64,000 nucleotides of DNA from Eledone cirrhosa (GCA_964016885.1 OZ024756.1:1240001-1304000), one strand, 5' to 3'. Numbered from the stretch's first letter, positions 44,281-58,010 are shown. The notes: generated by a model not told the origin, from the letters alone. Numbers and translations are program-made.

Positions 44281-46480
44281 CGACACTGGCCTATATTACC
44301 CTTACCATAAAAACAATGAGAACCTAAATTATGTTAATTTTAAATCTAACCACCCTACTAATATTAAGAATGCTATAGTTAGTAATATTGGAAAAATAAT
44401 ATCTAACCTATCTTCTAATAAAAACATCTTTGATGCTAACGCCAATTACTATAATAACGCGCTTTCTAAAGCCGGCTATCCTGATAAAATCAAATATAAT
44501 AAAGAAACAAATTCTAGAAAATCTTACAGTAGAATATTTAATCATGATCATTCCAATAACTTTAATAAAAGACCTAGATACAAAAACATAATCTGGTATA
44601 ATGCTCCTTTCTCTATCTCTATTAATAATAATATTCCTAAATTATTCTTTAGTGCCTTAAATAAATGCTTTCCTCCCTCACATATCTATAGTAAAATATT
44701 TAACAAACACACTATAAAATGTTCCTATTCGACATCCTCCAACATTTCCAACATTATCTCTAAACACAACAATAAAATACTAAATACTAAATCTCTTCCT
44801 TCCAACACTGAATATCATAATAATAGTAATAGTACTCCCGACGTCATTGTAAACCCTAGGCTAATTTCTGCAAACCCAAATACAACGTCAAACACAACTT
44901 CACTAAATGTTCTTAATCCCATTCTAAATCAAGAAACTATTATTCCTATCGCAAATAACTTCTCCAATCCAATTCCTTCTATAGATAACACTAGGTCACT
45001 CGTTAATAATCTCTCTAATTGCAATTGCAATTGCCCTGCTAAAAAAACAACCATTGTTTTGATAAAAACTTAATTTACGAATGTAAAGTTATAACTGACA
45101 CCAATTCCTTCACCTATTTTGGCTCCACTTTCACCTCTTTTAAAGCTCGTCTTTATAATCATCATTCGTCTTTTAAATATAAACTTAAAAGAACAAACAC
45201 GGCTCTCTCAGAACTCATATGGTCCTTGAAAGTCAAAAATATTAAATATAACATCTCTTGGAAGAAGGTTTCCTCTGCTTCTTTATACTTGAACAGGTCT
45301 CTATCCAAGACTTGCAATCTCTGTCTGAATGAAAAATTTACCATTATATCTAATTTAGATTCTATAATAAATAGACGCACTGACTTGTTTTATATCTGCT
45401 TACATAAATACCACAGAAATTTCCATAAAGTATACAGCTAATATCCTAAACTTTATCAATTCAGAATCCTTTTCTCAAAGGCACATATATATATATATAC
45501 TTCTTTAAAAATATACCCATCTTTCTACCTTATTTCAAAGTTATCTATCATATTCTATATCATTCCTATTCATCACTTCTCTTTCTTCCTTTTCCTTTTC
45601 TTTTCTTTTGTTTTTTCTTTTAATTTCTAACCCCTAATCTGTACCTTTTCTCACTGTGCCTAACATAGAATCAATTATTACACATACACTATATTCTTAC
45701 TTTATATCACCTTGAAAAAATCCTTCGTAAACATAAACATTTTTTTTGACGTTAGATTATTCATCCTCTATTCATTATTTTTTTCTCACTTTCATCTAAC
45801 TTATACATGCTCATCTCACAATATATCCTTACTTACATTACTTCTGTGTTTTTTTAATAATACATATCAACATTTTCTTTCCATCGCACATATTATTAAA
45901 CCCTTAAAATTATTCTTAATACATATTAACATTTTCTTTCCATCGCACATATTATTAAACCCTTAAATATTATTCTTAATACATATTAACAATTTCTTTT
46001 CATCGCACATATTATTAAACCTTTCAATATACAAAGCTTAACTTTACATTATTTTTCTCTTCGTTAATTTTCAAATTCTTTTAATTTATACATTATCTTC
46101 CAACGGTTTTTCAACCACTCTATATAAAACAATATATTTTTCTCAGTTATAAAAGCAATCTCTCTCTCTCTATCAGCCATTTCTCCTCCTATCTCATCCT
46201 TCCTCATTATACTCCTCCCCCTCCACTTTTTACTCTCATCTCCTCCTCTTTTTCATCCTTTCCACCCCCACCCCCTCAAAAAAAATTTCCCCAATATCAC
46301 ACATCAATCTAAAACTACTTTTCATATGTTGATTTAAAACTGCACTATCCACAAGTGTTTTTAACCTTCATATCATGTCCTCATATTTTATCTGATGAAA
46401 ACACAAATGTTATTGCATGATGATATTTGTTTTTGAAATGCGCATAATAAAATACATGGAACTCATTTAACCATCTTTTG
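44281..46480 (+). mobile_element. 5'-truncated, decayed Penelope-like element (Naiad-like) with terminal hammerhead
   Basis: YYPYHK..NYVNFKSNHP, IIWYNAPFS, KIFNKHTIKCSYS, CNC, LIYECKV...YFGST, TALSELIWSLK, CNLCLNEK. Clade assigned from motif recall. Confidence 0.8.
46384..46454 (+). ncRNA. Type I hammerhead ribozyme in a Penelope pLTR
   Basis: 8-bp stem I TATTTTAT/ATAAAATA; CTGATGA 46392; GAAA 46435; palindromic stem III ATGCGCAT; triplet ATA. Confidence 0.8.
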
Positions 46481-46515
46481 ATCTTATATATATGTATATA
46501 TATATATATATGTAC

Positions 46516-46580
<65 letters not shown>

Positions 46581-46747
46581 GTATGCTTGTGATGTCCCAA
46601 TGCGGTGACTTAATGGCTCTTGAAGCTATCTTTTTATATTTTGTATGCGCTACAACTGTATCTGCTTGCTTTAACCTCACGCTTGCTAATGCATGTGAAT
46701 TCTTCTACCTCCTTTGATGCACCTCTCTGACCATTTGACTCCTGCCC

Positions 46748-47135
46748 GTGTGTGAACCGGTTTGTGATTACCCCACCGCTCGAGTGATACTGGTGACTGT
46801 GACACTTAGTGCCTTCGTGGGCCCCTGATGTTTTCAAGAAATATATTTTTAAAAAATTGGTGTGTGAACCGGTTTGTGATTACCCCACCGCTCAACTGTG
46901 TGAATGCACACCCATGACTTTCGAGTGAACTTTCGAGACTGCCCAACCTGGGACGCCTCCATTGCCTTGCAATGGTCAAGTGATACTGGTGACTGTGACA
47001 CTTAGTGCCTTCGTGGGCCCCTGATGTTTTCAAGAAATATATTTTGAAAAATTGGTCAAGTGATACACATAACTGTGACATTTAGTGCCTTCGTGGGCCC
47101 CTGATATATTCAAAAGATATATTCTAAAAAAATAT
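46748..47135. repeat. Local partial duplications
   Basis: GTGACA.TTAGTGCCTTCGTGGGCCCCTGAT occurs three times; GTGTGAACCGGTTTGTGATTACCCCACCGCTC occurs twice. Confidence 0.75.
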
Positions 47136-47221
47136 ATATCTTATCTCAATTTACTTTATTTCATTTTATTTTATTTCATTTCATGTTATCTAATTTTATT
47201 TATTTACTTACTTGACTCCAT

Positions 47222-47257
<36 letters not shown>

Positions 47258-47821
47258 TTACATTTAATTACATTTAATTATACATATAATTATAATTATA
47301 CATTTGATTTTAATTTTAATTTAGTCTATGTTATTTGATTTTAGTTTACCTTATTTTATCTTATTTTACGATTATACTATATTATGTTCTATGTATATAA
47401 TTTTTAATTTTTAATTGTATATTATTTTATCTCATTCCTTACCCTATATTTTATATTTTATATGTAAGTTTGTTATGTATTTCTTTGTATTTCTTTTTAT
47501 ATATATTATAAGTCTGTTTTTTACCTATTTTTTACCTATTTTTTACCTACTCTTACCTAATCCCATTATCTTATCTACTCTTGTCTGTTCTCTTATCCAT
47601 GTGTCTACTCTTGTCTGTTCTCTTATCCATGTGTATGCTTGTATGTAACTATATGTTGACAGCAGACCGCCCAACTGTGACAGATAGCACCCCTTATTTT
47701 TATTTTTATTTTTATTTTTACTTTTATTTTTATTTTTATTCTTATCCTCTATCGTCTATTATTACCTTTCATTCAATGTCTTGGATTTGTTATTGCTTGT
47801 ATGGTATGTAATTAACCTTTA

Positions 47822-47867
47822 TGCTCTGATGAGTCCCACTTATAGTGTGGATGAAACAATGTTAGCA
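47822..47867 (+). ncRNA. Type I hammerhead motif, probable pLTR remnant
   Basis: TGCT-CTGATGA-GTCCCACTTATAGTGTGGAT-GAAA-CAATG-TT-AGCA. Confidence 0.65.
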
Positions 47868-47949
47868 AGTAAAGATATGCATATGCTATAAGCGTTCTTT
47901 GTTATTTATTTATTATATATGTATATATATGTATATATATATATGTATA

Positions 47950-47998
<49 letters not shown>

Positions 47999-48046
47999 GT
48001 ATATATATATATGCGTGTATATGTATATATATATATATATATGTAT

Positions 48047-48099
<53 letters not shown>

Positions 48100-50900
48100 G
48101 GTAAAGGGAATAGAAAATGCTGACAAATTGTTCACAGTTGAAAAATGGTTTAATTAGGAATAAAAGAGTATTAGTGATTGTATGGGTTAGTATTCAGTTG
48201 TGGTTTTAAGTTTTTAAGTTTTTACCGGTTGCGCATTTCTAAATGCTTTTCAAAAATAATTTTGAGATAGAGTGTCCGTGTTGTTTGCTCTGATCTGATT
48301 AGTTTTGGGAATTCTACCTGTTTTTATGTTAAAACACACACCCATACTCGCAGTACAGGAACACCCCATTCAATCTACAACCACCAACCCGAACCACATT
48401 TTACAACAACAAGGAATATAACAAACACAGGAGACCACTTAACATCAGCAGACAACCCCTCTACCCCAACCATTTTTTAGACACAGCACACAGATACAGG
48501 CAAACAAAATAACATAAGACAGGGAGGAGAAACCGATAGTAATAAAAATTATCAATCTTACTAGTGCAGAACCAACACCCAACCTTATCAACTTACTCTC
48601 CAAAGGTCTTAAATTCACACCGACACCACTACGTCCTAACTATTATGAAATGAAGGAAGACATCACAGACTTCTGTAGAAAGTTACGACTTAGTGAACAA
48701 CTATTCGACCAGTACAATGAGGATGAATCATTAGCCAGAAATAGAAGCAATTACACCCCTTCAAAAGGTAGAAATAAAATCCTGGACGAATTCTGTGAAC
48801 ACATCACAAACTTCCCTTACCAACACTTGCACAGACAAAAACACAAGCCAAACCTCAACAAGAAAGAATGGAAAGAATTAAATAGATTAAAAACCGACAG
48901 AACCATTACAATTAAAGAGGCTGATAAAGGGAGTACAGTAGTCCTAATGGAGACAGAATTCTATATCAACTTAGCGCTCTCCACTTTGGAAAACGAAACA
49001 TACTACGAAAAGGCTGAACACTACAATCAACAGAAAATTATGAGAAACCTAAAAACTCTAATCAACCAATACAAAGAAGGACTCACTAACAAGGAATTCA
49101 GCTTCATCACAGACTTCACAAGTAAATCCAGCCTCTTCTACGGTATCCCTAAAGTACATAAAAGCGAATCAATAAGTAAGGCATGCAAGGAAGCCACAGA
49201 CATAGTCATCAATGTCCCCTCACCCAATGATCTCAAATTAAGACCCATAATAGCAGGCCCCGCTTGCGAAACGCACCGTCTTAGCAACTTCATTGATACC
49301 CTTCTCAAACCCTTCCTCAAACACATCAAAAGCTATATAAGGGACGACCTAGATATGCTCAATCACCTCCCTAATATGCCACTTTCTGAACAAACCCTAC
49401 TAGTGACGTTCGATGTAGTCAACCTATACTCCAACATCCCCACAACCTAGGAATAGAAGCTATCCAATTCTGGCTGGATAATTTCCGCAATGAACTCCCA
49501 CAACGCATCAAAAAAGAATTCGTGATAGAGGGACTCAAATTTATCTTGGAGAACAATTACTTCGTTTTCAATAACAAACCCTACAGGCAGAAATCTGGGA
49601 CCGCTATGGGAACGAAAACAGCCCCCACTTATGCCAACCTAGTCATGGGATACCTGGAAACCACCCTCTACACTAAAGTCCTAAACAAATTTGGAAACAC
49701 CCTCCACTTACACATTGAAAGGAACTGGAAGCGATATCTAGATGACTGCTTCATCCTTTGGCACGAAAACATCGAAAAACTTAAAGAATTTCACACCCTT
49801 ATAAATGGGCTCAACACGAATATTAACTTCACGATGGAATACAGCCATCAACAACTCCCCTTCCTCGACATCCTCATTAAGATCCATAACAAAAAAATAG
49901 AAACAGACATATACTACAAGCCCACAGACTCCAAGCAATATCTCCCCTTCAACTCTTGCCACCCTAGACACGTTAAAATTAATATTCCCTACAACTTAGC
50001 CAAGAGAATCTGTACTATAGTCTCCAATAAAAACATCTGCTACTTACGGCTACAAGAACTAAAGGACACACTCATAGGCAGGGACTACCCTGCATCACTA
50101 ATTGACAATGGAATCCAACGTGCCCTAAAACTCAGTACCCAGGACCTTAGACACCCTAAAGTAAATCAACCGAAACTAAAAGCTCTTCCTTACATCTCCA
50201 CACACAACACTCTCAACAATGAGGCCTTTGACACCATCCTCCAGAACATCCCTGTGTTGAAAAAGGACCATAGAATGAACCAAATTCTACGAACACACGA
50301 TATCATAAAGAGCAAAAGACAATCCAAGTCAATGAAAAACATCCTAACACATGCCAAAGTACTGCCAACCACAACAACGAAACCCACAGTAAAAAAATGC
50401 GATAGACCCAACTGTTGCATTTGCATCAACCTAATAGAGGGTTCGGAATTCTATTTCAAAGATGGACAACGTTTTATAGTAAAACACAATTTCACATGTG
50501 CATCGGAAAATCTAATATATGTATTAACTTGCCCAGGTTGTCGAGAACAATACATAGGCCAGACCAAAAACAGCCTCCGCCAACGCATGACTGTCCATAG
50601 ATCCAAAAATTAAAATACGGGAATACAGGAAAATACCACTGAGTGAACACATTGATACCTGTGCCGCCCCAAATCATCCCAACTTCAGAATCTTTCCCCT
50701 CTACAAATTTAAAGATAATGCCACCCACACCCAGCGCATCAGCAAGGAATCTTACTTCATTAACAAATACGGACCCCGTCTAAACACTTCTCCCTAAGAC
50801 GAACCCACAACATACACACGTTAACATACATACCTACATCAGCGCACATCTCCACCCACATATAAACACAATGACATACGTAAACACACATGCTCTATGG
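48100..50900 (+). mobile_element. Near-intact Neptune-like Penelope retroelement; RT plus GIY-YIG ORF ~48540-50797 with two 1-nt indels
   Basis: LLSKGLKFTPTP, IKEADKG, FYGIPKVHK, LRPII, FDVVNLYSNIP, GTAMGTKTAPTYANLVM, RYLDD, LPFLD, YYKPTDS, linker CDRPNCCIC, LIYVLTCPGCREQYIGQT. A probable inverted pLTR fragment lies at 48100-48330. Confidence 0.92.
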
Positions 50901-50915
50901 TACAACACAGAAAAA

Positions 50916-51015
<100 letters not shown>

Positions 51016-51174
51016 TATAGTGAATATATGTATGTGTATATATATGTAGTGAATATCATTTCACACCTTTTATTGTTAAGATTTTTGATGTTCTATTAAG
51101 AGAACCGATTTTACTGAAAGAATCGAATAATGTACACCATTTTACCAGGGGAAAAAAAATACTGGTCCACCCCC

Positions 51175-51205
<31 letters not shown>

Positions 51206-51390
51206 CACACAGACACACACACACACATACACACGCGTACATTAACATACAAAGAGACTTATACACACACACACACGCACTTCTCCTTATAAGACAAAAG
51301 CTGAAAAATATCTTTTGACATGCTAAAATACCCCCCATTGCTTTCAGACACATTCTTACTGACCATCCCTGCTACCACGAATTACTCTGC

Positions 51391-51488
<98 letters not shown>

Positions 51489-51489
<1 letters not shown>

Positions 51490-51990
51490 ATCTTAATAGC
51501 CATTGATTCCAACAGCAGTTGGAATCAAGAAGACTGAGAGTGAATATAGCTAAGACAAAAGTGTTGATAAGTAGAAGAGAGGACAATACTCTGATTCCAT
51601 CAGGGTAATGGCCATGTTCGATATGTAGAAAAGGAACTGGCATAAATTCTATAAAATGTACGCAATGCAGTTCTTGGGTACACAAGAAATGCAGTGGGAT
51701 AGCAGGCAAACTATCAGGTAGAGAAAACTACGTATGCAGTAGATGTACAAGGAAAGTTAACAGTAGTAATCGCAGCGATAGACACATTTTTCAAATGCAG
51801 GTGGGTTCTATAGAAGTGGTTGATAGCTTCCGGTACCTAGGTGATCAGATTAGCATGGGAGGAGGGTGTTCCGAGGCCATAGTATCTAGAATAAGGGTGG
51901 GTTGGAAGAAGTTTAGGGAGCTGCTTCCTCTGTTGACAAAGAAAGGTTTCTCCCTGTATATCAAAGGCTGGTTATATGATGCCTGTGTGA
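51489..51990 (+). mobile_element. Decayed RTE-clade LINE internal fragment
   Basis: LRVNIAKTKVLI...WPCSICRKGTGINSIKCTQCSSWVHKKCSGI...EVVDSFRYLGD...GWKKFRELLPLL. Confidence 0.8.
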
Positions 51991-52451
51991 GCATTCTTGC
52001 AACATTTAATTTTCTTTATACTTAAAATAAAAGTTTGCCTGAGATAGATTAGTAAAATTTAATAAGTGGGGTTGTTGAAAAAAAAATCTTAAAAATTAAT
52101 AATCGGCAGCCCTAAGAGTAGATTTATTTTCCTTGCTGTAGAATGCAATGATGGTAATATTAAATTAACTCTTAAAATCCTGAAATAATGTCGCAGAAAA
52201 CATCTAAAAACGAGTGTGTTTATTCAAAATGAATTTGTAATGCAAATGTTTATAGTACCTTTATCAGTAGACATATCTTCAAAAACATTAGCAATATTGG
52301 AGGAAAAACTTTAATTTTGAATGTGATACAGTTATAGCATAATTTGAATTTCATAAAAAACTAATACTAAGTTATAACCACAAGTTCAACTGAAATATTA
52401 TAGTTTGATACTAATGTTGATGATGATGATGATGATGGATATGATACTTAC

Positions 52452-52525
52452 CAAAAGCCATGTTTTCTTTCATATTTGCACACTTAAGTACTTCTTTTAG
52501 AACAGGGTAGATTGTACTGCTTAAG
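52452..52525 (-). CDS. AP4E1: AP-4 complex subunit epsilon, 7th exon found (74 nt)
   Basis: ttccag|...LSSTIYPVLKEVLKCANMKENMAF...|gtaagt; phase is compatible with the preceding exon. Confidence 0.8.
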
Positions 52526-53212
52526 CTGGAACAACACAACACAACAGTCAATAAAGAAATCATTGGTAGAGAAATTAGTAAAATCAAAGTAAATGTTTTA
52601 TACCAAGGAGATGACAAACCTAACAACCTCAGTTTTATAATGTGTTTCAGATTCATACCAAGTAGATGACAAACCTTCATCTTATTAGATGTGTCATATT
52701 CATACCGGGTAGGTGACAATCCTTGGTCCCATTTCCCTGCTAGTAAGGGCTGGACAGTTTGTCACAGGCTAAGTCAGTTCTTAATCTGAGCTACTGACCT
52801 ACTTACAAACTTTGATTTTCCATAGTCTGACTGACTTCGTGTTTGTTTCTTTGCTTTTTTTTTTATTAAATACAACCTACACCCTCTTGTTTCTGTTGCT
52901 CTAACATCTTGTGTATTTCAGTAAGTCCTCAACAACAAACATTTTAAAAGAGTTAGCCTTGCAGGTCCCATGACAAGCCCTGTTATTTTGTCCTATCATC
53001 TGCCACCTTTTACTTCAAACTTTTGCATTGATATTGGCAGGCCTGCAATTAAGAAGTTGAAAAAAAATGTCAATGCTGATAGTGAGGGTGGGATTGATTA
53101 CTTAATGATGCCTGAGGAGTTCATAACACAATCCTTTCAAACTATAATTATAATACAATAAATATCAACATTTCAAAAGTTTTCAATTTCAAAATAACAA
53201 ATAATAAAATAC

Positions 53213-53376
53213 ATATCATCAGCTCCGAGGAATGATAGTAATTTCAATAAAGAAATTTGCATCCATGGATTTGGAATAGAATGATATTCATATTCAATAG
53301 GTAATTTTCGTTTTAGAATTTGTTTCAGAATATCTAGAAATGCAGGAACTAAGGCTTTGTACTGAGATGGATTGGA
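53213..53376 (-). CDS. AP4E1: AP-4 epsilon, 6th exon found (164 nt)
   Basis: SNPSQYKALVPAFLDILKQILKRKLPIEYEYHSIPNPWMQISLLKLLSFLGADD contains the adaptin N-terminal motif YH..P.PW.QI.LL; AG/GT boundaries. Confidence 0.88.
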
Positions 53377-53434
53377 CTAGAAAGGAAAAGAAAAATATAT
53401 ATTTCAAATATGATAAAATCTAAGATTGAAATAA

Positions 53435-53636
53435 TGCTTTCTAATTTTAAGCACAATGCCAGAATTGTTGACAAAGGGATACAGTTGATGACATCAACTC
53501 TAGTACTTGACTGGCATTTTATTTGGTCAACCACAGAAAGATAAAAGGCAAAGATGACCTTTGTGGGATTTGAACTCAAAACAGTGAAAAGCATTTTATC
53601 TGACATTATAATGATTCTGCCAATCCACTGCCCACC
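53435..53636 (-). mobile_element. Diverged SINE copy (intronic)
   Basis: GATAAAAGGCAAAG...GGATTTGAACTC family motifs. Confidence 0.65.
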
Positions 53637-53802
53637 TAAGATTGAAGTAATGAAAATTTACTGTCCTATATATCTATCATATTGTTCATATAGAAAATAT
53701 ATTTAAACACTGCATTACTTAAAGGAGTGAAGTAAATTGTTAAAAAATGCTTAAAAATATCAAGTTAAGAAAGAACTTAAAACTATTTAGACTTTTCCTT
53801 GC

Positions 53803-53962
53803 CTTGATAAGAGATTGGTAGCAGATTAAGGAAGCATTCACTACTCCAGGATCTTGATCACAAAGAAAATCACTGAATTTCTTGGAAATATTGGTTACAG
53901 AGCTTGGGCTTTTAGTCCAAATATTGAGAAAAGCTGTAACAGCTTTTTTCCTCACAACAGAT
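53803..53962 (-). CDS. AP4E1: AP-4 epsilon, 5th exon found (160 nt), GC donor
   Basis: SVVRKKAVTAFLNIW...LCDQDPGVVNASLICYQSLIK; acceptor ttttcag; donor AAG|GCAAGG. Confidence 0.85.
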
Positions 53963-54349
53963 CTGAAAAAGAAAAGAGTAAAACAATTCAACTTTATATC
54001 TACTGAACCTTTTCATCCGAAACGTTGTGTTTCAATTACTAAAATAATCAATAATTAGGAAATGTTTAGTGAAATAATTAACTTTCAACTTAATTACAAA
54101 AGACAAATATTTAATAACTGAAATCTAATTTTATGTTATGTAATACTGAGATTTCAGTCAAAAATTTAAATATAAATTTAGAACAATTTAACCGGAATGG
54201 TTGCAATTGGGCTACAGTTCAAAGGGTTGAAATAGACAAATACACAAAGAACAAATTTTCATCACAACAATAGAAAGTTATTTGATGTTTGGAATATAAC
54301 TTAACATAGGTTCCTACAAAACATTATGATGGAAGTTTTTTTGACAGTG

Positions 54350-54790
54350 GTCGTAATGGCAACACGATAAAAAGTGCCCAGCCCACAATGTAAAGTTGTT
54401 GTGTAGGTGATACAACAAAAAACTCCCAGTACACACTGTAAAGTGTAGGTGTCGCAACAAAAAGCATCCAGCACACACTGTAAAGTGATTGTGTAGGTGT
54501 CACAACAAAAAGCACCCAGTACACACTGTAAAGTGGTCGTGTAGGTGTCATGACAAAAAGCTCCCAGTACGCGCTGTGAAGTGGTCATGTAGGTGTCACA
54601 AGAAAAAGCATCAAGTACTCACTGTGAATGCGGTTGGCATTAGAAAGGGCATTCAACTGTAGAAACCAAGCCAAAACCAGTTCTGTATGAGCAAACATGA
54701 TCACCTGACCTAGCATTTCTCGCAGTAAGACAACTCGTCTAACCCATGCTAATGTGGGAAAATCGACATTAAACGGTGCTGATGATGATA
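54350..54790 (+). repeat. ~46-bp tandem repeat grading into an interspersed repeat
   Basis: GTAGGTGTCAC...AAAAGCACCCAGTACACACTGTAAAGTG repeated ~6 times; the element ends in (GAT)n. Confidence 0.7.
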
Positions 54791-54893
54791 AACACTTTAT
54801 AACAAACAGTTTTCTATTGTGGAACAGTTTAAAGAGATTTAGTGTCAAAAGTGTTAATCATTCTTTAGAAGTATATTAAACACTGATATTTAC

Positions 54894-55015
54894 CTTGAAT
54901 GTCGAAGCTTTTCTTCAACCAAAGGTAAGACGACAGGAATCATCTCCACATTGACCAGAGAACTGGCAGCAGACAATGCTATGCAGTTGTCTAGAATGTT
55001 GGTGCTACGAAGATC
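54894..55015 (-). CDS. AP4E1: AP-4 epsilon, 4th exon found (122 nt)
   Basis: DLRSTNILDNCIALSAASSLVNVEMIPVVLPLVEEKLRHS; tttag/gtaaat boundaries. Confidence 0.9.
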
Positions 55016-55087
55016 CTAAAACCAAATTAAAAACAAATTAAAAAACAAATGTATAATAATAGTAAAAGAAAAAAATTATTTCTTACT

Positions 55088-55190
55088 ATAATAATTGTTT
55101 CTACTTTAGGCACAAGGCCAGAAAATACCCAGTGCATTACTGGTACTTTATTTTATCGACCCCTTAAGGATGAAAGGCAAAGTCAATCTC
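55088..55190 (-). mobile_element. Partial SINE copy (intronic)
   Basis: Family motifs as at 6265. Confidence 0.75.
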
Positions 55191-55244
55191 GCTATAATAA
55201 TACCAATAGATTTTGTGACATTTATGAAAATGTAGTTAAAACAT

Positions 55245-55435
55245 ATAGAGAAGAGTTTATAGAAAAGGTTCTATAGAGTTTATAGAAGAGGTTCTATAGA
55301 GTTTATAGAAGAGCTTCTATAGAGTTTCTATAAAGGTTCTATAGAGTTTATAGAAGAGCTTCTATAGAGTTTATAGAAGAGCTTCTAGAGAGTTCTATAA
55401 AGGTTCTATAGAGTTTATAGAAGAGCTTCTATAGG
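55245..55435. repeat. ~22-bp tandem repeat
   Basis: TAGAGTTTATAGAAGAGCTTCTA variants. Confidence 0.85.
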
Positions 55436-55711
55436 TTTAGTAGACACGAGAAATGACGAATATAGCATTGTGGGGGGTTGATGCCGCCTGAAGGACTGAT
55501 AACATGTCACCTCCACTCAGTTTAATCCCATCTCAGCGACCACTCAGCAGATTTATGATCAAAGAGATGTCAGCTATAGTAAATAACAAAAAAAAAAATT
55601 AAAAAACAACATATTCCTAACAAAAATCAATAATCATTCAGTTCTGGTTAAATATAGATCAACATTTAGCATTAGTTGTAAAGAAAGGCGTAATATAATT
55701 GTACAGGTTAC

Positions 55712-55785
55712 CTTGAGTATAGTGTTAACGAGTAGAACTATTAACTCATGATCTTCATGTAACAAAATACCACAGGTGAGATAGC
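55712..55785 (-). CDS. AP4E1: AP-4 epsilon, 3rd exon found (74 nt)
   Basis: GYLTCGILLHEDHELIVLLVNTILK; ttccag/gtaacc boundaries. Confidence 0.9.
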
Positions 55786-56113
55786 CTGGAAATAATGAAC
55801 GAAAAGAAAAGAAATTAATTTAGCTTTAGAGAAATAGGAATATTAACAGTTGTAGCAAGGAAGAGTATCTGGGTGTGAAATATTGCAGGGTATCTGGGTG
55901 GTGTAAAATATTGTAGGGTATCTGGGTGTGAAATATTGCCGAGTATCTTATAAATATAGCTTTGCTACCAAAGAAAAAAATATTGTTTCATTATAGGTTT
56001 TCACAAACTGAGTCAGTACTCAAGTAGGTCTACTGACTTCCCATATATATATGAATTTGTTTTGCAAGGTTTTTTTATATGAAATCGCGTGTCGAAACAA
56101 ATATTGTTATACT

Positions 56114-56273
56114 TGGGGAGGGTCATATTGTTGTAATAATATTGCCAGAAATAATAACAGAACACACTCACTGTTTGGTTGGTTTTCGCGTTTGTCTCTT
56201 TTATATCTCCATAGTTAATTTATTTGGCAATCAATGTTTATCATTGATTGACCAACGGTTAAAAATACAGATA

Positions 56274-56324
<51 letters not shown>

Positions 56325-56913
56325 TCTATCAAAGTTCTTTCGTTGCACCTCTGTGACATCATCAGTGCTACTATTATGTTTCCTCCCATTGTATTGTACT
56401 GTAATGTCTACGCCAATTTTATTTTATTTATTTATTTATTTATTCTTGTCTCTGTCTCTGCTCATGCGTTTGCGTGTGTGTGTTCGCGTTTGAGTGTATG
56501 TGTTTATGTTTTTGCATTCTATCTTTGTTTACTAGTGTGTGTTTATATGTGTTTGTTGTTATTGTACTTGTGTATATATTTATTTATACACACAGGAAAA
56601 CGCATGCGGTGAGACAGAGACAAGAATAAATGAATAAATAAATAAAATAAAAATGGTGTAGACATTACAGTACAATACAATGGGAGGAAACATAATAGTA
56701 CCACTGATGTCGCAGATGTGCAACGAAAAAACTTTGATAGACTATATATATATATTTGTATCTGTATTTTTAACCATTGGTCAATCAATGATAAACATTG
56801 ATTGCCAAATAAATTAACTATGGAGATATAAAAGATACAAAAGCAAAAACCAACCAAACAGTGAGTGTGTTCTGTTCCTATTTCTGGCAACATTATTACA
56901 ATATGACCCTCCC

Positions 56914-56917
<4 letters not shown>
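56114..56917. repeat. Intronic inverted repeat with ~300-350-bp imperfect arms
   Basis: 56114-56470 is the reverse complement of ~56600-56917. Confidence 0.85.
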
Positions 56918-56952
<35 letters not shown>

Positions 56953-56954
<2 letters not shown>

Positions 56955-58010
56955 TAGCAGCAGGACCCGGCGTTGCACAGGGTAGGAAACGTGAAATAGC
57001 AACACGCATATGCAAAGATTGAGGAATGTAACTGTGTACTTTTTGAATTCCCTTATTCTCAGGGAATGGTTGTTCATCTACTGGAAACGTAGAACACCAG
57101 CAGTCTGTTCACGAATTACGTCACAGATGGGGAACGCACGTCAGTCTGAAGGCGCGACATAGTCAATTGTGTGAAAACCAAGTAGGGATGTAGGTTTAAG
57201 TAGGGATATTGAGATGCTGAAATCAGCGTAGCAACGCAGCTACAACAGAAGGAGGTCATAGTGCAATTAGCACAAACGCTGGGCAGCACTGATTGCACTG
57301 TGTTTACACGGTAACAAAAGTGCGACAAAAGGGGTCACCGTGGAATTAGCACAACTGCTGTTTGGCGTACTTGCGCAGGGCGTTCATACTGCGGTGTAGG
57401 TGCAACAAAAGGGGTCTTAGTAGAAGTAGTACAGACGTGAGTTTTACGGTGTCAATAACACAGCAACGTACACAGGACCCGGATTTGCACGTGATGAAAG
57501 CACAAAGCATCAACAGGGCGGCGACAAAAATTTTAAGGTCCTCCTCAATTCCTCAATCCCCCCAAAATGGTCCTACTTAAAAGTAAGTGTTGTGTCCTCT
57601 GTTAAATAAACCAAATTTTTTACGAAATATTTACGCTACTTACGATGTTTAAGTAGCGTTTATATTGAAAATGAAAATGGCACATAAGGCCCAATGCTAA
57701 TTCGTAAATTTCCTAGAAACCATTAATGGAATCGGAAATGTTTTTTGTCCACAGCATTACTTGGAGACTAACTAATATGCGCTGCAAATTTCGAGGAAAT
57801 CGGCTGGATTATCTTTAAGTTACGCCTCAAAAAGCCTAAAGATGCCTAAAAAATGCGGTTTTTCGCCTAATGGGCAGAAAAAGTTAAAATTCTTTTAGCC
57901 TGTTGCACTTCAAGAAATATAAGTAACACGTGTAAAGTTTGAAAAAATCGGTCAGGTACTTCTCGAGTTTTGGGGATTTACACAGACAGACATCTTCTGT
58001 TTTATATATA
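56953..58010 (+). mobile_element. Non-autonomous Helentron/Helitron-like (HINE/DINE-type) element
   Basis: Starts ACTAGCAGCAGGACCCGGCGTTGCACAGG, ends ACAGACAGACATCTTCTGTTTTATATATA, and sits in (TA)n. The termini resemble HINE-type elements by recall. Confidence 0.55.
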
